In this document: piece by piece, positions 54,256 to 61,896 of the stretch | How positions within the stretch are numbered: the stretch's first letter is position 1 | Layout of the letters: each line of letters starts with the position of its first letter | Origin: Patescibacteria group bacterium | GTDB taxonomy: Bacteria > Patescibacteriota > Minisyncoccia > Minisyncoccales > UBA10102 | Assembly (NCBI GenBank): GCA_024239055.1 | Contig: JANBVJ010000002.1 | Span: forward strand, 67,874 to 131,873 | Direction of reading: 5' to 3' | DNA length: 64,000 bases | Translations under genes and position numbers: made by a program | Notes under the pieces: generated by a model | Told to the model about the DNA's origin: nothing | Databases searched by the model: none | What the model saw: only the letters and a program-made list of their open reading frames with translations

Positions 54256-54278
54256 TGTGACACGTACACATTTAAATC
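54256..54278 (-). promoter_or_regulatory. Copy 5 of the ACGT-centred palindromic motif, at the head of the surface-protein block
   Basis: ctgtgacacgtacacatttaaatc with a tatcaa arm at 54249-54254. It lies 47-69 nt upstream of the GTG at 54209. TTTAAAT is available as a TATA-like box. Confidence 0.55.
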
Positions 54279-55060
54279 GCAGAAACGAGATGCAAACTTG
54301 ACCAAAATAGGATTGCCACGCCTGCTCCCACTAGAACAGAAAGTCCGGTTGACTTGAAGAAGCCATTTATCAATATTACAACGAAAACTAGGATTGCAAG
54401 TTTTAGAAATTCCTCTGCTGTTGCAACAAGTGTGAATTGCCAAATGAATTCTGAAAAAATATTTGACACTCCTTGAAAACCAATTCCTATCTCGTTTACA
54501 CCAAGTAGTACACGTTCATCCCCTACTGATGAGAATTGTTCAATACCACCAATGATTGCAAATTGTGTTTGTTCCAAGTAAACGACTAGACTGTTGTATG
54601 TTCCATGAATTATTATTGGTACTAATAGTGCGTTTGTTTTTAAGAATGCGATCATCATGATCACACCACCAATGAAGATTCCTACAAACTGTGCATTCCT
54701 TATTGTATCTGCATCTGCACCAGAAATAGAAAATAGTATAGCAAAAATTGATGCAACCACTGTGAAAATTCCTATTGTGATCCATACAAGTCCGTTGATG
54801 TCGATGTCATTAGTCCAAAATATTCTTAGATCTTTAGCACGATCACCTGTCCCTCCCAAGTTAGACTGTGCAAATAATATTCCCATTCCAGATCCAAGAT
54901 AAAGAAAGAAGAATGTTTGCAGTGTTCTAAACTCTGTTTCATTTTGTATGTTTGATAATGCAAAAAAGCCAAGTATCATTGGAAGTGCCAGTACCCAAAT
55001 TACTGTAGAAACTCTAGTAACATTTCTTGCGTTAAGTGTAGTTCCTGATCTTTGACTCAT
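54272..55060 (-). CDS. Polytopic membrane protein (262 aa, ~7 TM), function unknown
   Basis: Seven or so hydrophobic helices and no Cys. Contains HGTYN, AEEFLK and WSSLH, which resemble CPBP/Abi protease motifs but in a non-canonical order. Confidence 0.8.
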   Translation of the reverse strand: MSQRSGTTLNARNVTRVSTVIWVLALPMILGFFALSNIQNETEFRTLQTFFFLYLGSGMGILFAQSNLGGTGDRAKDLRIFWTNDIDINGLVWITIGIFTVVASIFAILFSISGADADTIRNAQFVGIFIGGVIMMIAFLKTNALLVPIIIHGTYNSLVVYLEQTQFAIIGGIEQFSSVGDERVLLGVNEIGIGFQGVSNIFSEFIWQFTLVATAEEFLKLAILVFVVILINGFFKSTGLSVLVGAGVAILFWSSLHLVSAI

Positions 55061-55155
55061 GCTGGACTCACCACATTAATAATTATTAAAGCCATCACTG
55101 TTAATCCAATCACAACTGCAAAAAACCCTTTAGGTGTCTTTAGTACATTTGCCAT
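55057..55155 (-). CDS. Single-pass membrane peptide (32 aa), below ORF-track cutoff
   Basis: MANVLKTPKGFFAVVIGLTVMALIIINVVSPA. ATGA overlap with the next gene (55057-55060). ATTTTAG element 7 nt upstream of the ATG. Confidence 0.5.
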   Translation of the reverse strand: MANVLKTPKGFFAVVIGLTVMALIIINVVSPA

Positions 55156-55176
55156 TACTACACTAAAATTGAAAGT

Positions 55177-55404
55177 TTATGTTAAGAGTGCGAATGGTGA
55201 AACAATCAGTCCTGCATCTACTGAACCTGCAATAGAAAATATAATAACATACGGAATAATTGTTACTGCCAAACCAACAAAAAATAAGTTTCGTGCTTTA
55301 TTTTCATCTCTACCTCTTACAGCAAAGAATCCAACTACTCCACCAAGCCAACCAAACATGATCGGCACTAGATACCAAAAGTGACTTACTTTGCTCTTAG
55401 CCAT
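55177..55404 (-). CDS. Two-pass membrane protein (75 aa)
   Basis: MAKSKVSHFWYLVPIMFGWLGGVVGFFAV ... FFVGLAVTIIPYVIIFSIAG. ATTTTAA element directly upstream of the ATG. Confidence 0.6.
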   Translation of the reverse strand: MAKSKVSHFWYLVPIMFGWLGGVVGFFAVRGRDENKARNLFFVGLAVTIIPYVIIFSIAGSVDAGLIVSPFALLT

Positions 55405-55419
55405 TGATTTAAAATGTAA

Positions 55420-55689
55420 TTATTTTCTTTTGCTGAACCTTTGTACTTGTTGTCCACCTGTTCTTACTTTGTTTCCGATCCATAACCAAAGTGCTCCCCA
55501 AAGAAATCCTACAATATTAAGAATTAATAAAAGATTTGGATCTATAGTAAGTCCTTGAATATCAACAAAGTCAGTAGGATTCGTAAATTGAAGAGCACTC
55601 ACGCCTAAAATACCAATAGTATTTCCAATTAACACGTATGCTCCATACAAAATGAAGATCCAACCAAAGATGAATCTTATTGCTCCCAT
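55420..55689 (-). CDS. Two-pass membrane protein (89 aa)
   Basis: Two long hydrophobic helices and a basic tail. Directly downstream of conserved promoter element copy b. Confidence 0.65.
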   Translation of the reverse strand: MGAIRFIFGWIFILYGAYVLIGNTIGILGVSALQFTNPTDFVDIQGLTIDPNLLLILNIVGFLWGALWLWIGNKVRTGGQQVQRFSKRK

Positions 55690-55701
55690 AATTAAAAATT
55701 A

Positions 55702-55740
55702 GAAAATTTCATGTTTCAAGAGAGAGTTTTGTGTTATACA
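55702..55740 (-). promoter_or_regulatory. Conserved 39-bp promoter/leader element, copy b
   Basis: Minus strand reads TGTATAACACAAAACTCTCTCTTGAAACATGAAATTTTC, 13-51 nt upstream of the ATG at 55689. Confidence 0.6.
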
Positions 55741-55753
55741 AAAATGTGTTTCT

Positions 55754-55770
55754 AAAAAAATAAAAAAAAA
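55754..55770 (-). terminator. Oligo-T terminator (T9-A-T7 on the coding strand) after paralog 1
   Basis: The plus strand shows a7-t-a9, about 25 nt downstream of the stop at 55795-55797. Archaeal-type oligo-T termination signal. Confidence 0.65.
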
Positions 55771-55794
55771 GGGGTTTGTTGAATTCGACTAAGA

Positions 55795-56826
55795 CTATTC
55801 TTGTACTTGTACTGTGTCAGATACGGATACAGTTCCTTGTGATGGTGTTAGTGACTTTAGAGTTAATGTAACTCCCAAATCATCTGCACCTGCTAAGTTC
55901 GTTACGAACTTCATTGGTATTGGATGTACAGTGTTTCCGTTCTGTGCAGTGGTTACGTAGTTAGCATTATCGAGAGTTGCAGTAGTACCTACTTTGAATC
56001 GATACAGAATTGAACTGGTTTGAATTTGTTCATCAAATTCTGTTAGTGATACGAGACCAATGTTTGGAATATCCAAGTTGGTTTGTCCTCTATCCCACTT
56101 CTCTTCTGATGCGTTGTCTATGCTGATTGTGTATTCATACACTGGATCGGCAGATTTCTGTGCTACGTTTTGCTCCCATCTAATGAAGTTTTGTACTCCT
56201 GATGCAGTTCCAACTCCTGTGATATTTGCTGGTGCATTCAGTGTGCTCGCACCATAATCGTAGGAATTTATGAATAGACTAAGTGTTGATGCTGTTTGTC
56301 CGGCTACCGGATTTGGCATGTCTCTTAAATCTATTTTGAACCACCATTCACGAGATCCATCTGAGTTGACATCCATAAATCCAAAGTCCATGATACGTGG
56401 ATTCAAGTTCTGGTCTGCTGTGCTACTAGGTGCTACAAAGAAGTCTTGTCCCGATGGTACTGTTGATGTTGCATACAAGATACTGTCTTGTGCTGAGTCT
56501 ATTGAGATTGTGTTACCTGTACCACTACCAATTGTGAAGAAGTTTACTCCATCAAATGATTTGTAGTATGTGGTTACAAGATTTGTTCCCTCGATTCTAG
56601 CCTCTGCGTTATCTAGTGCGTTTCTGTGCACTACATTGACGGTTAGTTGTCCTGCGAATTCATTGCCTGTGGATGGTACGCCAGCAGGTGGAACTTGTAC
56701 TCCACCGTTTCCGGCAGGTTGTCCAATGTTCAGACTTTGTGGTGATATTGCACCTGTTCCAAAGCCTATAAGCACTGCTACAACCACTATCCCTAAGACA
56801 ATTAATGGTGTGTTTGATTTTGCCAT
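55795..56826 (-). CDS. N-anchored ~345-aa protein, tandem paralog 1 (G/C-richer codon usage); candidate major structural/surface subunit
   Basis: MAKSNTPLIVLGIVVVAVLIGFGTGAI anchor. NIGQPAGNGG, TTYYKS.DGV.F, REWWFK.DLRD.P.P.AGQ.ASTLSLFINSYD, FIRWEQ and LDIPNIG.VSLT.FDEQ are conserved with paralog 2. Flanked by a strong terminator. Confidence 0.9.
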   Translation of the reverse strand: MAKSNTPLIVLGIVVVAVLIGFGTGAISPQSLNIGQPAGNGGVQVPPAGVPSTGNEFAGQLTVNVVHRNALDNAEARIEGTNLVTTYYKSFDGVNFFTIGSGTGNTISIDSAQDSILYATSTVPSGQDFFVAPSSTADQNLNPRIMDFGFMDVNSDGSREWWFKIDLRDMPNPVAGQTASTLSLFINSYDYGASTLNAPANITGVGTASGVQNFIRWEQNVAQKSADPVYEYTISIDNASEEKWDRGQTNLDIPNIGLVSLTEFDEQIQTSSILYRFKVGTTATLDNANYVTTAQNGNTVHPIPMKFVTNLAGADDLGVTLTLKSLTPSQGTVSVSDTVQVQE

Positions 56827-56936
56827 GTTTATTCTTCCTTATACTAAAATAGCACATTTTGTGTCTGTGAATTTAGGCACGAAATAGGTGTAAAATATGA
56901 CCTGAAATTGATAGAAATCAAGAAAAAATGAGTTTT

Positions 56937-57986
56937 CTAAGATTCATCTAATCTAACTGTGTCAGAAACAGTTGTTGTTCCTTGATTAGATGTAACTGAT
57001 TTGAGTGTCAATGTTACATCAAGATTATCGTTTGTTGCGTTATCTTGTAGGCTAAGAACAATCTTGAGTGGGATTGGTTTGACTTCATTTCCATTTTGGG
57101 CAGTAGTTACATAATTTGCGTTATCTAATGTCGCTGTCTCACCTACTTTGTATCTGTATAGTGTATCTGTGGAACTAAGTAATTGTTCATCAAAGTCAGT
57201 TAGTGATACTATACCAATATTTGGAATGTCCAAAGATGATAGACCTCTATCCCAAAACTCTGTTCCTCCTGCACCACTGACCTTCACAATTTGAACTGTA
57301 TATTCATAGACTGCATCGGCAGTTTCTTGTAATACTGATTGTTCCCATCTGATGAAGATAACTGTTCCTGATGCTTGTCCAATATTTAGAATGTTTGCTG
57401 GTGAATTTAATGTGCTCGCACCATCATCATAAGAATTAATGAATAGACTAAGTGTTGATGCTACCTGTCCGGCAATCGGAGCAGGAATATCTCTTAAATC
57501 AGTTTTAAACCACCATTCACGAACTCCATCCAAATTAACATCCATAAATCCAAAGTCTATGATTCTTGGATTTGGGAGTGACATGCTAGATGGTGCTACG
57601 TAGAAAGGATCTAATGGTACAACTGTGAAATACAAGATACTGTTCATTGAAGAATCAATTGAGATAGTAGTTGCACCATTACCTAATGAACTAAATGAAA
57701 CTCCATCTACTGATTTGTAATATGTGGTTCTCAAATCAATACCCTCATCCCTAGTTTCACTATTATCCAGTGCATCTCTGTGCTGTGGATCAACTATTAA
57801 TTCGCCTGTAAAACCTGTTCCTGTTGATGGTGTTCCATCAGGTGATGTTTGAATTCCACCGTTTCCGGCAGGTTGACCAATGTTTAAATTTTGAAGATTA
57901 ATAACTCCTGTACCCATTCCTACTACTAATGCTACTATAATTACTCCTAAAATAACAACGCCTGCTCTGACCATTTTCTTTCTCAT
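56937..57986 (-). CDS. N-anchored ~345-aa protein, tandem paralog 2 (likely start at 57974)
   Basis: The ORF track start MRKKMVRAG is at 57986. The ATG at 57972-57974 (MVRAGVVILG...) aligns with the start of paralog 3, and the 76 bp at 57907-57982 are identical to 59002-59077. Confidence 0.9.
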   Translation of the reverse strand: MRKKMVRAGVVILGVIIVALVVGMGTGVINLQNLNIGQPAGNGGIQTSPDGTPSTGTGFTGELIVDPQHRDALDNSETRDEGIDLRTTYYKSVDGVSFSSLGNGATTISIDSSMNSILYFTVVPLDPFYVAPSSMSLPNPRIIDFGFMDVNLDGVREWWFKTDLRDIPAPIAGQVASTLSLFINSYDDGASTLNSPANILNIGQASGTVIFIRWEQSVLQETADAVYEYTVQIVKVSGAGGTEFWDRGLSSLDIPNIGIVSLTDFDEQLLSSTDTLYRYKVGETATLDNANYVTTAQNGNEVKPIPLKIVLSLQDNATNDNLDVTLTLKSVTSNQGTTTVSDTVRLDES

Positions 57987-58007
57987 ATTAAAATAGGAAA
58001 AATTTGG

Positions 58008-59069
58008 TTATGTTACTCGTACCTGAACTATATCACTCAAAACTGTGTTACTTCCACCAGTTTTACTTAAACTCTTAATGCTCAATGTTACATCATGTGT
58101 CTCACCAAGTACACCTCCATCATAGTTTGTAACGAATTTGAATGGTATTGGATGTACATTATTGCCATTTTTAGCACTTGTTACATAATTTGCATTTGCG
58201 AAATCTGATGTATCACCAATTTTGAATCGATATAAAATATTATTTGGATTTATAAATTCTTCAAAGTCTGATAAAGATACCAATCCAATATTTGGAATGT
58301 CTAAGTTACTTTCACCTATATTCCAATCTTCTGTTTGAGCATCATCATCAGTACCAACTATACGAATTGAATATTCAGTTTGTGGTGTTGCAGTACCTTG
58401 TGGTACTGTCATTTCCCATCTGATGAAGTTTACTATTCCTGTACTTTGTGGAACTGATGTTATGTTTGCAGGTGCATTGAGTGTTATTGGAAATCCTACA
58501 TTCCATGAATTTGTAAGAAATGATAGTGTACTTGCACCTTGTCCAGCAATAGGAGCAGTAATACCACGTAAATCTATTTTGTAAAGCCATTCTTTAGATC
58601 CATCATTCGTGACATCTCTAAATGAAAAATCTGTTACTCTATCGTTGACTAATTGTGTACCTTCTGGATTAGAATAAATTTGTGTAGGAGTTGGTGCTAC
58701 TCCTGATGTTGCATATAGAATACTGTTCATGTCTGATGTAATTGTAACTCTGGATGCACCACCTAATCCTTGTACTCCTTGTCCTATTGAACTAAATTGT
58801 TCTCCGTTACTTGATTTGTAGAAAATTGTTAGTATATCTCTCGCTACTCCTTCTTGGTATTGAAAGGAATTATCTAACGTATCAAAATGTTGTAATATAA
58901 CATCTAATTCTCCTGAAAATTCTGTCCCTGTTACAGTAGTAGGTTGTGGTTGTGGAATCCCACCTGATGATTGTCCAATAAGATTTTGTAGGTTAATTAC
59001 GCCTGTACCCATTCCTACTACTAATGCTACTATAATTACTCCTAAAATAACAACGCCTGCTCTGACCAT
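58008..59069 (-). CDS. N-anchored ~350-aa protein, tandem paralog 3
   Basis: MVRAGVVILGVIIVALVVGMGTGVINLQNL anchor. KEWLYKIDLRGITAPIAGQGASTLSF, FIRWEM and LDIPNIGLVSLSDFEE are conserved with paralogs 1 and 2. Confidence 0.9.
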   Translation of the reverse strand: MVRAGVVILGVIIVALVVGMGTGVINLQNLIGQSSGGIPQPQPTTVTGTEFSGELDVILQHFDTLDNSFQYQEGVARDILTIFYKSSNGEQFSSIGQGVQGLGGASRVTITSDMNSILYATSGVAPTPTQIYSNPEGTQLVNDRVTDFSFRDVTNDGSKEWLYKIDLRGITAPIAGQGASTLSFLTNSWNVGFPITLNAPANITSVPQSTGIVNFIRWEMTVPQGTATPQTEYSIRIVGTDDDAQTEDWNIGESNLDIPNIGLVSLSDFEEFINPNNILYRFKIGDTSDFANANYVTSAKNGNNVHPIPFKFVTNYDGGVLGETHDVTLSIKSLSKTGGSNTVLSDIVQVRVT

Positions 59070-59144
59070 TTTCTTTCCTTATAGTAAAATGGAAAATAAC
59101 AAATTGATAAACTAACAAAATATGAGCATGTGATCTAGTAAATT

Positions 59145-59176
59145 ATGTATTTCATGAGAGAGTTTTGTGTTATACA
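59145..59176 (-). promoter_or_regulatory. Conserved promoter/leader element, copy c (upstream of paralog 3)
   Basis: Minus strand reads TGTATAACACAAAACTCTCTCATGAAATACATA, 76-107 nt upstream of the ATG at 59069. Confidence 0.6.
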
Positions 59177-59206
59177 AAAAAAAATGGAATAAGGCAGTTA
59201 AAAAAA
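59176..59206 (-). terminator. Oligo-T terminators (T7 and T9) after the 60-aa gene
   Basis: Plus-strand a7 (59200-59206) and a9 (59176-59184) lie just downstream of the stop at 59214-59216 and abut the promoter element. Confidence 0.6.
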
Positions 59207-59213
59207 CTACTAC

Positions 59214-59396
59214 CTATGCTTTCATTTCTCTTAATTTGAAACCTATACCAATCACAACAAGTCCTAGTAATAATTCAATTCCGTTTGTGAATGTCACTGT
59301 TGCTCCTGTGAACATGTTCTGAATTACTAGGAAGGAATCTAGGACTAAAATGAATCCTATTATCATAGTGATTGTAGGTAGATGTGTTCCTGCCAT
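59214..59396 (-). CDS. Two-pass hydrophobic mini-protein (60 aa)
   Basis: MAGTHLPTITMIIGFILVLDSFLVIQNMF...GIELLLGLVVIGIGFKLREMKA. Own ATTTTAG element, own terminators. Size and topology recall small hydrophobic virion/membrane proteins (inference only). Confidence 0.6.
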   Translation of the reverse strand: MAGTHLPTITMIIGFILVLDSFLVIQNMFTGATVTFTNGIELLLGLVVIGIGFKLREMKA

Positions 59397-59434
59397 ATTC
59401 TAAAATGTAAGTAATGACACTAGGTAATTCAAAT

Positions 59435-59450
59435 AAAAAAAAAAGAAAAA
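59435..59450 (-). terminator. Oligo-T terminator (T5-C-T10) after the 192-aa membrane protein gene
   Basis: Plus-strand a10-g-a5, 7 nt downstream of the stop at 59457-59459. Confidence 0.6.
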
Positions 59451-59456
59451 TTGTGG

Positions 59457-60035
59457 CTATACTTTTGGTAAGCCTACATCTTCTTCGGCTTTTTGGAATT
59501 TAGCAGTTCTATTGACTACCCAAATTATTATGGTTCCTGCAATTAGAGCAAAGATCAATCCAACAAACAATGTGTTAAAGTCTCCTTCAACTAATGCCTG
59601 ACCAATTCTTCCAATGTCAACTGCTGATAATTCTGTACCAAAGAAACCTAAGAACTGATTTGTTAACCAGAACAGGAACGAAATTATCGCACCAAGAATT
59701 ATGAACGTTATGATGAATGTTCTTTTTGGTATGTCTGGTTCTTTTTCTACGCTTTTGAATGGTACAAGTAATTTGAGTTTTACTACAACCAAAATTGCTA
59801 TTCCTGCAATTAATAGTGTAGATACTGCAAACCACAATATCGTTCCTAAGCCTGTAGCAAGATTTTCGTCAATTGCTTCAATACCTGTTGCCAAATCTCT
59901 TATGTCACCAGTTAATGGAACTCCAAGTAAGAAGATTGCTAGACCTCCAACCAGTCCAAAGATTATCATGAAGAGTATTCCAACAACAATCCTATTGACT
60001 GCTTTCTTTCCTATCCTCGTTACTTCCTTTGACAT
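59457..60035 (-). CDS. Polytopic membrane protein (192 aa, ~4 TM)
   Basis: Four long hydrophobic helices. ATTTTAG element directly upstream of the ATG. Confidence 0.8.
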   Translation of the reverse strand: MSKEVTRIGKKAVNRIVVGILFMIIFGLVGGLAIFLLGVPLTGDIRDLATGIEAIDENLATGLGTILWFAVSTLLIAGIAILVVVKLKLLVPFKSVEKEPDIPKRTFIITFIILGAIISFLFWLTNQFLGFFGTELSAVDIGRIGQALVEGDFNTLFVGLIFALIAGTIIIWVVNRTAKFQKAEEDVGLPKV

Positions 60036-60071
60036 TATACTAAAATGTAAATATTTTTACGAATAAAAATT

Positions 60072-60395
60072 CTATCGCAAAGAATCTTTGTCTGGAAGGT
60101 CATCTTTATCATCATGATGTTCTACGTGTTTTAGGAGATAAACTCCATAAATCATTAGTAATGCATCAAATATCATCACTCCTGCCATAAGTGGTAATTG
60201 AAATGTTGACTCTAGACCCAAACTCTGGAAAATTCCCCAATTGTATTGCTCTATGTATCTTAAATCAATGAATGCAGATGCTAATACCATAAAGTGAATC
60301 ATTCCAACTAAAATCATTGTGTATGCAGTTTGTGGAGGTACATTTTGAAAATTTGCATCCTTTATCCTGAAATTTCTAAGTTTCTTCCAGAACAA
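60072..60395 (-). CDS. Three-pass membrane protein (107 aa) with acidic His/Asp tail
   Basis: TTG start preceded by AAGGAGAC. Tail is HVEHHDDKDDLPDKD. Confidence 0.65.
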   Translation of the reverse strand: MFWKKLRNFRIKDANFQNVPPQTAYTMILVGMIHFMVLASAFIDLRYIEQYNWGIFQSLGLESTFQLPLMAGVMIFDALLMIYGVYLLKHVEHHDDKDDLPDKDSLR

Positions 60396-60412
60396 ATGTC
60401 TCCTTGTCTCCC

Positions 60413-60865
60413 TTAGTTGAATTGTTCACAGTTAATATCAAAGTCTGGATTTGTTTGCTCTAGACATTTAAAATAAGCATCGACTCCGAGACTAGGATTA
60501 AAAATAGCAGGTGCTTCTAATCTTGAATCTATGTGTGGACATTCTACAACAAGATAATCTACAACTCCTTGATCTTCATAGAATGTAGATGCAGTAAAAT
60601 CTAAATTATTTTCACCAAGTTTTTCAGCAATTTCTATTAATGATTCTTGATATACAATTTGAAATCCATGCTGACCAAACCAGTTAACATTGTAACAAAG
60701 TACATCAATTTCAGAAACTAAATCAACATAAGTTGGTTCTTCAAAATTAAACACTCCTAATGCAAGTAAACCTGCTATCAAGAATAGAATTGGTGCAATA
60801 ACAAATGCCATTATTTTTTTTGTTTTTTGTTGTTTGCGATCAAAATTTTTCTTTTCTTTGCTCAT
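60413..60865 (-). CDS. N-anchored secreted protein (150 aa)
   Basis: Basic N-terminus + IMAFVIAPILFLIAGLLALGVF helix, then a Cys-containing domain. Confidence 0.7.
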   Translation of the reverse strand: MSKEKKNFDRKQQKTKKIMAFVIAPILFLIAGLLALGVFNFEEPTYVDLVSEIDVLCYNVNWFGQHGFQIVYQESLIEIAEKLGENNLDFTASTFYEDQGVVDYLVVECPHIDSRLEAPAIFNPSLGVDAYFKCLEQTNPDFDINCEQFN

Positions 60866-61596
60866 CAGTCTGGTGGAGCAAGGAGTTTGAAGTTATAAAA
60901 ATGTTTTATGATTTTGTTATCATCTCCTATTGTACTCAGAGTCACAGTCCAGTCTCCAAGTGGGAACTGACCGTTAGTTGCAAATTTTACAACAAAGTTT
61001 CCATAGGAATCAGTTTCGTATGCTGAGAGTGCTCTAAATGTATCCATTTCACAGCAAGTAATATGAACATTGTAGAAATATGGTGCTGGTCTTTGCATCT
61101 CAATCTTTCCTGCCATCTTTACTATAGATCCACGAATGTAGACATTCCCTTCTGTATAACTTTCAATTAGATCTGCTGATGTTCTACTTGCTGTTAGTTC
61201 AGATGTTTTTACACCAGTTATTTCTTTTACTTGTTGTGCCTGATCTGATTGAATTTGTAATTCAGTTAGGTTTCCTGTCTGTTGAACAGTTGCATTTTGT
61301 TCTGCAAGCAAATCTCTTTGTCCAAGTAATTGATTTTGTTCAGTTGCTTTTTCTTGATAATCATCTGGAAAATCACTCTGGAAAAATTCTACAAGTGCGT
61401 ACAGTTCCATTGCTTTTATTTCCTCAGCAGTGAGAAGATTTGGAGTTTCGTAGATTGTAATTCTTTCTCCAAGATCAAACTCTCTTACATTTTTTACTAC
61501 CTGAGATGCAGTTACCTTAGTTTCTTCTTGAACCATAGAGAAAGCCATCACTACAATGGTAATCAGTAGTAATACACCAATCAATTGCTTGTTCAT
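60865..61596 (-). CDS. Secreted protein (243 aa) with signal peptide
   Basis: MNKQLIGVLLLITIVVMAFSMV. Q/E-rich middle, beta-rich C-terminal domain. TAATG and ATGA overlaps with neighbours. Confidence 0.75.
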   Translation of the reverse strand: MNKQLIGVLLLITIVVMAFSMVQEETKVTASQVVKNVREFDLGERITIYETPNLLTAEEIKAMELYALVEFFQSDFPDDYQEKATEQNQLLGQRDLLAEQNATVQQTGNLTELQIQSDQAQQVKEITGVKTSELTASRTSADLIESYTEGNVYIRGSIVKMAGKIEMQRPAPYFYNVHITCCEMDTFRALSAYETDSYGNFVVKFATNGQFPLGDWTVTLSTIGDDNKIIKHFYNFKLLAPPD

Positions 61597-61844
61597 TTTT
61601 GCTTCCCCATTAGTAATACGAATGCAGGAATAGTAATTCTATCTCCATTTCCCTTAGTAAGATAAGGTGCAATATTGACGAGTTTTTCACAAATTTCAAC
61701 CTCTTCCTGCTTTAACATTTTCTTTATTTCATCAGAGTTTGATTTATTCCATTCACTCCTTACTATTTTCAATCTATTCCATAGTTTCTTGTAGGAAGTC
61801 CACTTTGAATTATCGATCTGATGACCTGATGAGGGTACTGACAA
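61593..61844 (-). CDS. Hypothetical soluble protein (83 aa)
   Basis: Clean ORF. ATGA overlap with the next gene. Confidence 0.55.
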   Translation of the reverse strand: MSVPSSGHQIDNSKWTSYKKLWNRLKIVRSEWNKSNSDEIKKMLKQEEVEICEKLVNIAPYLTKGNGDRITIPAFVLLMGKQK

Positions 61845-61896
61845 CTATTTTTGTAATGATTACGTGAATAAGAAAGAATTGGATAAAAAAATTAAA

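Noticed and set aside
54272-55060. Archaeosortase/exosortase acting on the C-terminal TM + basic-tail proteins.
   Set aside because: The protein contains no cysteine at all, whereas archaeosortases use a catalytic Cys-Arg-His set. The substrate tails also lack a PGF/PEF-type tripeptide motif.
55795-59069. Diversity-generating retroelement (template/variable repeat pair) among the three paralogs or elsewhere.
   Set aside because: No reverse transcriptase (no YxDD-containing ORF) is present in the window. Differences between paralogs are spread over all bases rather than confined to adenines. The 76-bp identical tract is at the 5' anchor, not in a variable ligand-binding end.
10967-59835. Minus-strand ORFs nested in alternative frames of larger genes (10967-11233, 34800-35012, 39746-39934, 52751-52948, 54237-54443, 54540-54785, 56660-56857, 58375-58590, 59617-59835).
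   Set aside because: They are fully contained in longer ORFs that have clear domain or TM signatures. Their own translations are Q/H/L/C-rich noise.
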